From: Candidatus Eiseniibacteriota bacterium
GTDB lineage: Bacteria > Eisenbacteria > RBG-16-71-46
NCBI GenBank assembly: GCA_963725865.1
Contig: CAVSAC010000017.1
Coordinates: 35,217-99,216, forward strand
Length of the DNA: 64,000 nt
Direction of reading: 5' to 3'
Both the position numbers and the translations under genes were made by a program. The notes beneath the pieces are model-generated. The model had not been told where the DNA came from. It did not search any database and saw nothing but the letters and a program-made list of their open reading frames with translations. Shown here piece by piece: positions 31,179 through 42,767 of this stretch (its first letter is position 1; every line of letters begins with the position of its first letter).

Positions 31179-31908
31179 ATGGGACGCATCTTCGAGACCC
31201 GCAAAGCCACGATGTTCGCCCGCTGGGACAAGATGTCCAAGGCCGTTCACCCGCATCGGCAAGGAGATCACGATCGCGGTGAAGGCGGGCGGGCCGAACC
31301 CCGAGAACAACCCGACGCTGCGGCGCGTCATCCAGAACGCGCGCGCCGTCAACATGCCCAAGGACAAGGTCGAGGCGGCGATCAAGCGGCCTCGGGCCAG
31401 GACGCGGCGGACTACGAGGAGATCCTCTACGAGGGCTACGCCCCGCACGGCGTCGCGGTGCTCGTCGAGGCCGCCACCGACAACCCGACCCGCACCGTCG
31501 CCAACGTGCGCGTCGCACTTCAACAAGGGCGGCGGCAACCTCGGCATCGACCGGCAGCGTCGCCTTCGCGTTCAAGCGCATGGGCGTCTTCCGCCTGAAG
31601 CCCGAGGGCCTCGACGCCGGAGGCGCTCGAGCTCGACCTGATCGACCACGGCCTCGAGGAGATGGGCGAGAGCGCCGGCGAGAAGGGCGAGCCGCAGCTC
31701 GTCGATCCGCTGCGCCTTCGCCGACTTCGGCCACCTGCAGAAGGCGCTCGAGGACCGCGGCATCACGCCGATCTCGGCCGAGTCGGAGTACATCGCCGCA
31801 GACCCCGGTGCACGCTGCCCGAGGACCAGGCCACGGAGGTGCTCGAAGCTGATCGACAAGCTCGAGCAGGACGACGACGTCCAGAAGGTGTTCCACAACC
31901 TCGGCTGA
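31179..31908 (+). CDS. yebC: YebC/PmpR family protein (frameshifted)
   Basis: MGRIFETRK...[13 protein letters not shown]...[11 protein letters not shown]...[12 protein letters not shown]...[10 protein letters not shown]. Confidence 0.92.
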
Positions 31909-31948
31909 GTCCGCGCGAGTCGCCCCCGTCCGCCCCCCACGAGGACGC

Positions 31949-33148
31949 ATGTCACCGATCTCCCAGGAATGGCTCAACCTGGTGCTGCGCTGGGCCCACG
32001 TGGTCGCCGCCATCATGTGGATCGGCGACTCGTTCCTGTTCATGTGGATGGACTCCAGCCTGTCGAAGCCGGCGCCGGACGCGCGACGGTACGCCGTGGG
32101 CGAGCTGTGGATGACGCACTCGGGCGGCTTCTACGAGGTGGTCAAGCACCGCTCGCTCGAGGTGCTGCCCGAGCGGCTCCACTGGTTCATGTGGCAGAGC
32201 TACACCACGTGGATGACCGGGGCGTGCGCTGCTGCTGGTGGTGTACGGGCTCGGCGGCCGCGCCATGCTGCTCGACGCCGCCTCGCCGCTCTCGCACGCC
32301 GCGGCGCTGGGCCTGGCGCTCGGCGTGCTGGTCGCCGGCGTGCGTGGCGTACGACGCTGCTCTGCCGCGTGCCCTGGCTCGCCCGGCCGGCGGCGCTGGG
32401 CGCGATCGCGCTGGCGCTGATGCCGCGCTCACGGCCTGGGCCTCACGCACGTGCTCACGCCGCGCGCGGCGTTCCTGCTGGTGGGCGCCGCGCTCGGCAC
32501 CGTCATGACCGCGCAACGTGTTCTTCGTGCATCATCCCGGCCCAGCGCGCAGATGCTCGCCGCGACGCGCGACGGCCGGCCGGTCGACACCACGCCGGGC
32601 GCGCGCGCCAAGGAGCGCTCGACCCACAACCACTACCTGACGCTGCCGGTGCTGTTCACCATGCTCTCGAACCACTTCCCGAGCCTCTACGGCGACGCCG
32701 CACGCGTGGGCGGTGCTGGCGCTGCTGTTCGTGCTCGGCGCGGGCGCCAAGCACGTCATGAACCGGCGCATGCGCACCCACGGGCTGGTGCTCGCCGGCA
32801 CGCTCGCGAGCCTCGTGGGCATCGCGCTGCTCACCGCGCCCGCGGCCGGAGCCCGACGCGGTCAGCGCGTCTCGCCGGCCACGCCCCGGGTCGCGCTCGC
32901 CGAGGCGCGCGCCATCGTGCAGACGCGCTGCGTGACGTGCCACGCGACGCGGCCGACCAACGGCTCGTTCGCGGCGCCGCCGGCGGGCGTGGTGCTCGAG
33001 CAGCCCGAGCAGATGCGGGCGTACGCCGACCGCATCCTGGTGCGCGTGGTCGAGACGCGCACGCATGCCGCTCGGCAACCTGACCGGCATCACCGACGAC
33101 GAGCGCGCCACGCTCGGCGCGTGGGCGGTCCAGCGTCGCGGCCATTGA
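31949..33148 (+). CDS. puuD: Urate hydroxylase PuuD (membrane domain + cytochrome c; frameshifted)
   Basis: [61 protein letters not shown]-terminal CVTCH and MPLGNLTG. Confidence 0.9.
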
Positions 33149-33162
33149 GCGATGGGGGAGCC

Positions 33163-34570
33163 GTGAGCGCGCTCGTCATCCGCGGCCGGCGCGTGCCTGG
33201 CCGAGGCGCTGCGCCCCGCCGCGCTGCACCTCGAGGGCGGGCGCATCGCGCGCGGTCGCCGCGCTACGAGGATCGCGGGACGCCGCGCAGGCGATCGACG
33301 CGGGCGAGCGCGTGGTGAGCGCCGGGATGGTGGACGCGCACGTCCACGTGAACGAGCCCGGGCGCACCGAGTGGGAGGGGTCCGCGAGCGCCACCGCGGC
33401 CGCGGCGGCCGGCGGCGTCACCACGGTCGTGGACATGCCGCTCAACTGCATCCCCGCCACCACCACGCGCGCGGCGCTCGAGGCCAAGCGCGCGAGCCTC
33501 GCGGGTCAGCTCCATGTCGACGTGGCGCTCTGGGGCCGGCTGGTGCCGGGCAACTCCGGCGAGCTGGCGGCCCTCGCCGCGGCCGGCGTGGCGGGCGTCA
33601 AGTGCTTCCTGTGCCCTTCGGGCGTGGAGGAGTTCGCGCACGTGAGCCGCGCCGACCTCGAGCGAGGCGCTGCCGCTGCTGCGCGAGCTGGGCCTGCCGC
33701 TGCTCGCGCACGCCGAGTCGCCCGGGCCGCTGGAGCGCGCGGCCGCGGCGGTGCGCGCCGGCGGCGCCGATCCGCGCGCCTACGCGACCTGGCTCGCGTC
33801 GCGGCCGGCGGCGGCCGAGGACGAGGCGATCGCGATGCTGATCGAGCTGTGCCGCGCGCACCGCGCGGCGCGTGCACGTGGTGCACGTCGCCAGCGCCAG
33901 CGGCGCTGGACCTGATCGCCGCGCGCGCAGCGCGAGGGCCTGCCGGTCACGGCCGAGACCTGCCTGCACTACCTCACCTTCAGCGCCGCGGACATCCCCG
34001 ACGGCGCCACCGAGTTCAAGTGCGCGCCGCCGATCCGCGACGCCGCGCACCGCGAGGCGCTCTGGGCGGGCGCTGCGCGCCGGCACGCTCGCGATGGTGG
34101 CCTCGCGACCACTCGCCCTGCCCGCCGGCGCTCAAGGCACCGAGAGCGGCGACTTCATGCGCCGCCTGGGGCGGGATCGCCTCGCTGCAGCTCCTGCTCG
34201 CCGGCGCTGTGGAGCGAGGCGCACGCGCGCGGCATCGGACTCGAGACGATGCTAGGCTGGGTCGCCGAGGCGCCGGCCCGGCTCGCCGGGCTCGCCGGCC
34301 GCAAGGGCCGCCTGGCGGCCGGGCTACGACGCCGACGTCGTGATCTGGGACGACGCCGCGCAGTTGACGGTCGATCCGTCCGCAGCTCCGCCATCGTCAC
34401 CCGCTCACGCCGTGGGCCGGGCCGCCGCTGCGCGGCGTGGTGCGACGAGACCTGGGTGCGCGGCCGCCGCGTCTTCAGCCGCACGGAGGGGCTCGCCGCC
34501 CCGCCGTCGGGGATGTTCGTCCAGGCGCGGCGCGAGGCGCGCGTCCGAGTCCGTCCAACCGAACAGGGGT
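33163..34570 (+). CDS. allB: Allantoinase (frameshifted; no stop seen before the allantoicase)
   Basis: DAHVHVNEPGRTEWEG, GGVTTVVDMPLN, KCFL, HAE, ETCLHYL, FKCAPPIR, DHSPC, AWGGIASLQ. Confidence 0.9.
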
Positions 34571-34573
34571 CCC

Positions 34574-36168
34574 ATGCCCGTGCCGCTCCCGCGCCCGAGG
34601 CCTTCGCCGCGCTGACCGACCTGTCGTCGAGGTGACGGGCACGTTCGTGCTCCACGCGACCGACGAGTACTTCGCGCCGAAGGAGGCGCTGCTGCGCCCC
34701 GGCGCGCCGGAGTGGCGCGAGGGCGAGTACACCGAGCGCGGCAAGTGGATGGACGGCTGGGAGTCGCAGCGCCGCCGCACCCCGGGCCACGACTGCGGCG
34801 ATCGTGCGCCTCGGCACGCCGGGCAGCGATCGAGGGCGTGCTGTGCGACACCACGCACTTCAAGGGCAATGCGCCGCAGGAGGTCGTCGCTCGAGGCGCT
34901 CGACCTGCCGTACGCCACGCCGGTCGAGGAGCTGCTCGCGCTGCCGGTCGGTGGCGAGCGCGCGCGGAGCAGCGTCGCTCGGAGGCCGCGCCTGGCTCGA
35001 GGTCGCTGCCGCGCACCGCGGTGCGCCCCGACACCGCCAACGTGCTCGTGCTCGCCCGCGGCGTGCGGGCGCGCCAGCCACGTGCGGCTGCACATCCACC
35101 CGGACGGCGGCGTCGCGCGCCTGCGCGTCTACGGCCACGTGCGCCCGGAGCCGGGCGTGTTCTGGCGCGGCGGCTCGGTCGACCTCGCGGCGATCGAGAA
35201 CGGCGGCACGATCGCCGCGGTCAGCGACGCGTTCTTCGGGCCGGCGGCGAACCTGCTGCTGCCGGGCCGCGGCACGAACATGGGCGACGGCTGGGAGACG
35301 CGGCGGCGGCGCACGCCGGGCTCCGACTGGTGCGTGATCCGCCTCGGGCGGCGCGGCGTGGTGCAGCGCCTCGAGCTCGACACCCACTTCTTCAAGGGCA
35401 ACGCGCCGCAGGCGGCGCGTGATCGAGTGCCTCGACGCCGAGGACGCTCGCGCCCCACGCCCTCGCCGAGCGGCTCGCCGCGGCCACCGGCTGGGAGATC
35501 CTGCTCGAGCGCACGCCGGTCGCGCAGCACCGCCGCCACGTGCTCGTGCCCGCGCTGCCGCGGGCCGCGACGCACCTGCGCGTGCACATCCTCCCGCACG
35601 GCGGCGTGAACCGGCTGCGCGTCTTCGGGGACGCGACCGACACGGCCGGCGAGGCGCGCGCGCTGACGGCGCTGCACGCGCTGCCCGGCGACGAGTGCGC
35701 GACGCGCTGCGCTCGCTTGCGGCGCGCCCGCGTTCGCCGACGCGCGTGGCGGCGGCGCTGCCGTTCGCCTCGGTGCGGGCGCTGTGGACTTGCCGGCGGC
35801 GAGGCGTTCGCGCCTCGGGGCGGAGGACTGCTCGAGGCCTTCGCGGCGCATCCGCGCGCTCGGCGATGCCGCGCCGGCGCCGACGCCATCGCGCGCACGG
35901 CGGCCTGGTCGCGCGGCGAGCAGGCCGCGCTCGGCGCCGACGCCGCGGTGCGCGAGCGGCTGCGCGCGGGGAACGAGGCCTACCGCCGAGCGCTTCGGCT
36001 TCACCTTCCTCGCGTTCGCCTCGGGCCGCAGGGCCGCGAAGTCGTCGAGGCGCTCGAGGAGCGTCTCGCGAACGACCGCGACAGCGAGATCGCGAACGCG
36101 GCGCGCGAGCAGGGGCACATCACCCGGCTGCGCCTGGGCGCTGGCTCGCGGCGCACGGCGCCGGGTGA
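34574..36168 (+). CDS. alc: Allantoicase fused to OHCU decarboxylase (frameshifted; start uncertain)
   Basis: Two allantoicase repeats (DGWESQRRR/PDGGVARLRVYG and GDGWETRRRR/PHGGVNRLRVFG) continue in frame into UraD motifs (LEAFAAHPR, SRGEQ, NEAY..RFGF, EQGHITRLRL). Confidence 0.85.
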
Positions 36169-36182
36169 GCCAAGGAGGAACG

Positions 36183-36523
36183 ATGGGCATCAGCACGCAC
36201 ATTCTCGACACGGCACGCGCGGCCGACCCGCCGACGGGGTCGACGGTGACGCTCGAGCGCCTCGACGGCGGCGCGGCGGTGGCGCTCGGCGGCGGCACAC
36301 CGACGCCGACGGCCGCGTCGGCGCGCTGCTCGCGGCGGCGCAGCCGCAGGTCGCGGGCACGTACCGGCTGCGCTTCGCGGTCGGGGCCTACTTCGCCCGG
36401 CTCGGCGTCGAGGCGTTCTTCCCCAGCGTGGAGATCACGTTCGCGCGTCGCGACCCGGGCCAGCACCACCACGTGCCGCTGCTGCTGAGCCCGTTCGGCT
36501 ACTCGACGTACCGGGGCTCGTGA
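36183..36523 (+). CDS. uraH: 5-hydroxyisourate hydrolase (transthyretin-like; frameshifted)
   Basis: AGGAGG RBS; ISTHILDT...FFP...HHHVPLLLSPFGYSTYRGS. Confidence 0.93.
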
Positions 36524-37052
36524 TGGCGGCCGGAGCGGGCGGGGCGCCGCTCGTGGGGATCGCCAGCGTCGAGCGCGGAGGCGTTCGCGCCGTTCGGCGA
36601 CGTCGTCGCCGCCGGCCGCGGCGCGGGGCGCGACACCAACCTCGGCACCGCCGTGCGCTTCGACTGCATCGCCGCGCTCGAGAGCACGCGCCCAGGCGCG
36701 CGCCAACGTCGCCGTCTTCCGCAGCACCGCGCAGCGCCTGCCGTTCACGATCACGCTGCTCGAGCGCCACCCGCACTCGACGCAGGTGTTCCTGCCGATG
36801 CTGTGCGCCCGCTTCCTGATCTGCGTCGCACCCGACGATGCCCGCCGGCGGCCCGAGGTCGGCGGCCTGCGCGCGTTCGTGTGTGGCGTGGGGGAGGGCA
36901 TCGCGTTGCGGCGTGGGGTGTGGCACCACCCCATTCTCGCCCTCGATGGCCCCGCCGAGTTCGGCATGCTCGCCTGGGAGGACGGCTCGAGCGCCGACTG
37001 CGAGGAGCAGCCGCTGGCGACCCCGATCGTGGTGCGCGACGCCGCGGACTGA
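36523..37052 (+). CDS. allA: Ureidoglycolate lyase (frameshifted)
   Basis: TGATG coupling to uraH; EAFAPFGDV, LLERHPHSTQVFLPM, GVWHHP. Confidence 0.88.
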
Positions 37053-37140
37053 GGCGCGGGGCCGGCGCGGTGGCCGCGCAGGCCGCATCCGCCCCGGTGT
37101 GGCGGGGTGATTCGCGTCTCGGGGCGGCGGCGCGTCGCGC

Positions 37141-38046
37141 TCACCGCAGCCATGCCAGCAGCGGGGTGAGCGTGAGCGGGCTCAGCAGGGTGGTGAGCAG
37201 CACCACCGAGGTCACGAACGAGGGCTCGACGTCGTACTCGGTCGCGAGGATGGTGCCGATCACCGCCGAGGGCATCGCCGACTGGAGCACGCCAGCCTGG
37301 CGCGCGGTGCCTTCGAGCCCGAACAGCGGCGCCAGCAGCAGGCCCGCGGCCATGCCGCCGCCGAGCCGCATGGCGGCGGCGAACACCATCGGCCGCACTG
37401 GCCCGCGCATGCGCGCGCCTCGCAGCTGCATGCCGAGCACCACCAGGAACACCGGCACGCACGCCTGCGCCAGCAGGTGCACCGCGCTCATGACCGGACC
37501 CGGCAGGTTCACGCGCGCGCCCGACATCGAGAACGCCAGCAGCACCGCCCACACCGTCGGGATGCGCAGCAGGCCCACCAGGGACGAGGCCACGCTGGCG
37601 CGGCCGAGCGAGGCCACGAACACGCCGGCGGTGTAGCTCATGATCGCCGAGGTGAGGAAGAACAGGCTCGCCTGCGCCAGCCCCGCCGGGCCGAAGGCGA
37701 GCAGGTTGACCGACAGGCCGTAGTTGCCGGCGTTGGTGAGCAGCACCGAGAGGACCACGGCGCTCGCCAGCGGCCGCGGCCAGCGCCGCCACCGCGCCAC
37801 CGCCACCGCCACCGTCGCCGGCAGCACCAGGCACGAGGCGGCGAAGCCCATCATCCGCAGCAGCGCGGTCACCGGCACGTGGGCCTGCACGATGACCTCG
37901 AAGATCAGGCAGGGGGCGAGCAGGTAGAGCGCGACCTGGGCGAGCCCGCGCGGGTCGGGACGCAGGGTCGCGGCGATCAGATAGCCGGCGCCCGCGGTGA
38001 GGAACACCGGCAACAGGTTGTCCGCGAACAGGCGCAACAGGTCCAT
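37141..38046 (-). CDS. AEC (auxin efflux carrier/malate permease) family transporter
   Basis: 301-aa multi-TM protein with NAGNYGL, AMPSAV and TTLLSPLTL motifs. Confidence 0.88.
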   Translation of the reverse strand: MDLLRLFADNLLPVFLTAGAGYLIAATLRPDPRGLAQVALYLLAPCLIFEVIVQAHVPVTALLRMMGFAASCLVLPATVAVAVARWRRWPRPLASAVVLSVLLTNAGNYGLSVNLLAFGPAGLAQASLFFLTSAIMSYTAGVFVASLGRASVASSLVGLLRIPTVWAVLLAFSMSGARVNLPGPVMSAVHLLAQACVPVFLVVLGMQLRGARMRGPVRPMVFAAAMRLGGGMAAGLLLAPLFGLEGTARQAGVLQSAMPSAVIGTILATEYDVEPSFVTSVVLLTTLLSPLTLTPLLAWLR

Positions 38047-38308
38047 GGGGGAGCCGCCTCCGGGTCGCCGCGCCGCGCCGGGCGGGGGCGCCGGGGGCGG
38101 CGCGCACCATTCCGGTTCCGGCGCGCCGAGTCAATCGCGCCCGGCCGACGAGGCGCCCGCTCGCCGCCGGGCGCGGCAGGAGGGCAGGACGAGCGCGGTG
38201 ATCGGGGCCGCGAGCGCCGCGGGTCCTGTCACGGGCTGGACGCGCCGCGGGGCCGGGGCGTATATGCTCCCGTGGACGGCCCTCCATCAGCGTCCCAGGA
38301 GCTCCCCC

Positions 38309-39467
38309 ATGCACGTCCTCACCGGATCCGCGCGGGTCAGCCCGCCTCGTCCGTCGGCTCGAGTCCTTCCGGCCTTCTCCGTCGCGCTCGCGCTGGTCGC
38401 CGTCGTCTGCGCGGGCTGCGGCGCCCGCAAGGCGCCCCGCAATCCCCGCGTCCCCGTCACCGTCGCCACGGTCGAGCGCCGCGACATGCCGTTCGCGATC
38501 CTCGCCACCGGAACCGTGGAGCCGATCCAGACCGCCGACGTCGGCTCGCAGGTGGGCGGCGTGGTGACGCGCCTGGCGATCCGCGAGGGCCAGGAGGTCA
38601 GCGCCGGCCAGGCGCTGTTCGAGCTCGACCCGCGCCCGTTCCGCGCCGCGCTCGCGCAGGCTCGGGCCGTGCTCGCGCGCGACCGCGCGCAGACTCGAGC
38701 GCGCGCGGCGATGCCGAGCGCGCCGCCGCTGCTCGAGCAGAACCTGATCTCGCAGTCCGAGCACGACAAGGCGGCGTCCACCGCCGACGCGCTGCGCGCC
38801 ACGGTCAGGGCCGACTCGGCGACGGTGGCCAACGCGCGGCTCAACCTGGAGTACGCCACCATCCGCGCGCCCATCGCGGGCCGCACCGGCGCGCTCAACG
38901 TGCACGTGGGCGACCACGTCAAGGCCGCGACCTCCGAGCCGCTCGTCACCATCAACCAGATGCGCCCGATCCGGGTGCGCTTCACGGTCTCGGAGTCCGA
39001 CCGGCCGCGGTGCAGCGCTACCGCGGCGCGGACCCGCGCGTGCTGGTGCGCGCCGCGGCGGGCGACTCGCTCGAGATCGAGGGCCGGCTCGTGTTCGTGG
39101 ACAACACCGTCGACCCCGCGACCGGCACGCTGCTGCTCAAGGGCGAGTTCCCCAACCGCGACGGCCGGCTCTGGCCGGGCGAGTTCGTCGAGGTGCGGCT
39201 CGTGCTCGCCACGCAGCAGGGCGCCTCGTCGTGCCCGCGCCCGCGGTGAGCAACGGCCAGCAGGGGCACGTACGTCTACGTGCTCAACCCCGACTCCACC
39301 GGCGAGCCTCGCGGCCGGTCACGGTGGAGCGCTCCGACGACGTGACCGCGATCATCGCCGCGGGCCTCGAGCCGGGCGAGACCGTGGTCACCGACGGCCA
39401 GTTCCGCCTCTCGCCGGGCGCGCGCGTGGTCGTGCGCAGCGGGCGCGGGCAGGCGCGCGCCCATGAA
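38309..39467 (+). CDS. RND efflux membrane-fusion protein (MdtA-like; frameshifted)
   Basis: AGGAG RBS, lipobox-like [50 protein letters not shown]. Confidence 0.88.
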
Positions 39468-42400
39468 CCTCTCGGCGATCTTCATCCGGCGGCCGATCGC
39501 CACCACGCTGGTCATGGTCGGCGTGCTGTTCTTCGGGATCGTCGCCTACCCAGCTGCCGGTCAGCGACCTGCCCAACGTCGACTACCCGATCATCTCCGT
39601 CAGCGCCAGCCTGCCCGGCGCGAGCCCCGAGACCATGGCCTCGGCGGTCGCGACGCCGCTCGAGAAGCAGTTCTCGACCATCGCCGGCCTCGACGTGATG
39701 ACCTCGCTCGTCGAGGCAGGGCAGGACCAACATCACGCTCCAGTTCACGCTCGACCGCGAGCATCGACGCGGCCGCGCAGGACGTGCAGGCGGCGATCGC
39801 GCAGACGCTGCGCCGGCTGCCCACGGGCATCCTGCCGCCGTCGTACCAGAAGGTGAACCCGGCCGACTCGCCGATCCTGTTCCTCGCGCTGACGTCGCCG
39901 ACTGCTGCCGCTGCACCAAGCTCGACGAGTACGCCGAGAACTTCCTCGCGCAGCGCATCTCGATGGTCGACGGCGTCGCGCAGGTGCAGGTGTACGGCGC
40001 GCAGAAGTACGCGGTGCGCGTGCAGCTCAACCCGCACGCGCTCAACGGCGCGCGCAGGTCGGCATCGACGAGGTCTCGAGCGCGATCAACGCGGGCAACG
40101 TCAACCTGCCGACCGGCATGCTGTGGGGCCCCAACCGCACCGCGACCGTGCAGGCCAACGGCCAGCTCGCGGAACGCGAAGGACTTCGGCGACCTGATCG
40201 TCTCGTGGCGCAACGGCGCGCCGGTGCGGGTGCGCGACCTGGGCGAGGTGATCGACGACGTGCAGAACAACCGGGCGTCGAGCTGGTACCACGGCCAGCG
40301 CGCGATCGTGCTCGCGATCCAGCGCCAGCCCGGCACGAACACCGTCGAGGTCGCCGACCGGGTGCAGGCGCTGCTCGAGCGGCTCAAGCCGCAGCTGCCC
40401 GCGTCGGTCGAGATGAACGAGCTCTACGACCGCTCGCTCTCGATCCGCAACTCGGTCACGGACGTGCAGTTCACGCTGCTGCTGACGTTCGCGCTGGTCG
40501 TGCTGGTCATCTTCCTGTTCCTGAAGAACCTCCCCGCGACGATCATCCCGAGCCTCGCGCTGCCGCTGTCGGTGGTCGGCACGTTCGCGGTCATGAGCCG
40601 CATGGGCTACAACCTCGACAACCTCTCGCTGATGGCGCTCACGCTCTCGGTCGGCTTCGTCGTGGACGACGCCATCGTCATGCTCGAGAACATCCACCGC
40701 CACATGGAGATGGGCAAGCCGCCGCTGCAGGCCGCGCTCGACGGCTCGCGCGAGATCGGCTTCACGATCCTGTCGATGACGCTGTCGCTGGTGGCGGTGT
40801 TCATCCCGGTGCTGTTCATGGGCGGGCTGCTCGGCCGGCTGTTCCACGAGTTCGCGGTCACCATCAGCGCGGCGATCCTGGTCTCGGGCTTCGTCTCGCT
40901 GACGCTCACGCCCATGCTGTGCAGCCGCTTCCTCAAGGCCGAGCACGGCCAGCAGCGCCACGGTCGGTTCTACCACGTGATCGAGGCGGGCTATCAGGCC
41001 ATGCTCGGCTTCTACAAGCGCACGCTCGGCTGGGTGATGGATCACCGCCGCGTCGCGCTGGCGTTCTCGGTCGCGATCCTCGTGGGCACGGTGGTGCTGT
41101 TCGGCATCGTCCCCAAGGGCTTCGTGCCGAGCGAGGACACCGGCCAGATCCAGGGCAGGACCGAGACGGCCGAGGGCACCTCGTTCGAGTCCATGGTGCG
41201 CCACCAGCAGGCGGTGGCGGCGATCGTCGCCCAGGACCCCAACGTGCAGGACTTCATGTCGGCGGCGGGCGGCGGTGGCGGCGGCACCAGCAACCCGGGC
41301 GCCTGTTCATCCGACTCAAGCCGCGCGCGCAGCGCAAGCTCTCGGCCGACGAGGTCATCGCCTCGCTGCAGCCCAAGCTCGCCCGGGTCCCCGGCATCCG
41401 CGTCTACCTCAACAACCCGCCGGCCATCCAGGTCGGTGGGCGCCAGGCCAAGAGCCAGTACCAGTACACGCTCCAGAGCACCGACATCGCGGCGCTCTAC
41501 GAGGGCGCCAACGCGCTGCTGGCGCGGCTGCAGAACGAGCCCGGGCTGCAGGACGTCACCAGCGACCTGCAGATCCGCAATCCGCAGGTCCAGGTGGACA
41601 TCGACCGCGACCGCGCCGCCGCGCTCGGCGTCACCGTGCTGCAGATCGAGCAGGCGCTCTACAGCGCCTACGGCTCGGCGCAGGTCTCGACCATCTACAC
41701 GCCCAACGACCAGTACTGGGTGATCCTCGAGCTGATGCCCCAGTACCAGCGCGATCCATCGGCGCTCTCGATCCTGTCGGTGCGCTCGAAGAGCGGCACG
41801 CTGGTGCCGCTCGGCGCGGTGGCGCGCCTGTCGCCGACGGTGGGGCCGCTCTCGGTCAACCACGCCGGGCAGATCCCGGCGGTGACGCTGTCGTTCAACC
41901 TGCGCCCCGGGGTGTCGCTCGGCGAGGGCACCGCCGCGGTCGAGAAGGCGGCGCGCGAGGTGCTGCCGTCGAGCATCTCCACCAACTTCTTCGGCACCGC
42001 GCAGGTGTTCCAGTCGAGCCAGCAGGGACTGCTGTGGCTGCTGGTGCTCGCGGTGCTGGTGATCTACCTGGTGCTCGGCGTGCTCTACGAGAGCTTCATC
42101 CACCCGCTCACGATCCTCTCCGGCCTGCCGTTCGCGGGCTTCGGCGCGCTGCTCACGCTGCTGATCTTCCGCACCGAGCTGAGCATGTACGCGTTCGTCG
42201 GCGTGATCATGCTGGTCGGGCTGGTGAAGAAGAACGCGATCATGATGATCGACTTCGCGCTCGAGGCCGAGCGCACCGAGGGCAAGCCGCCGCGCGACGC
42301 GATCATCGAGGCCTGCAGCGTCCGCTTCCGGCCGATCATGATGACCACGATGGCGGCGCTGATGGGCACGCTGCCGATCGCGATCGGCTTCGGCTCGGGC

Positions 42401-42604
42401 GCCGAGTCGCGCCGCCCGCTCGGCCTGGCGGTGGTCGGCGGGCTGGCGTTCTCGCAGATCGTGACGCTCTACGTCACGCCGGTGTTCTACACCTACCTCG
42501 ACGCGTTCCAGCGCCGGGTGCGCGGCCGCCGCGGGCGCGCCGCGGCGCCGGCCGAGGCGCAGCCGCCGGCGCGACCGGTCGAGGGCGCGGCCGCGGGGGC
42601 CTGA
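39463..42604 (+). CDS. RND efflux permease (AcrB/MdtBC family; frameshifted)
   Basis: [57 protein letters not shown]. Confidence 0.94.
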
Positions 42605-42614
42605 GCGCGCTCTC

Positions 42615-42744
42615 GGTCCGCGGCCGCGTGAGGCGCGGCGGTGCCGGCCCGAGAGAGCACGAGGTCCGCAGCCGCGTGAGGCGCAGCCGTGCTGGCCCGA
42701 GAGAGCACGAGGTGCGCAGCCGCGTGAGGCGCAGCCGCGAGAGG
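42615..42744. repeat. 48-bp tandem repeat, about 2.7 copies, between convergent genes
   Basis: Unit GGTCCGCAGCCGCGTGAGGCGCAGCCGTGCTGGCCCGAGAGAGCACGA starts at 42615, 42663 and 42711 (partial), with a few substitutions. Confidence 0.85.
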
Positions 42745-42767
42745 CCCGGCTGCGGTGCGCCGCGCGC

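Noticed and set aside
35129..38917. 1262-aa minus-strand ORF and other long Arg/Ala/Pro-rich ORFs (e.g. 60820-63606, 26999-29467, 975-2627)
   Set aside because: Shadow ORFs typical of high-GC DNA. They overlap well-supported genes and have no recognisable motifs.
42615..42744. Possible CRISPR array
   Set aside because: The units are contiguous near-identical 48-mers with no unique spacers, and no cas genes are in the window.
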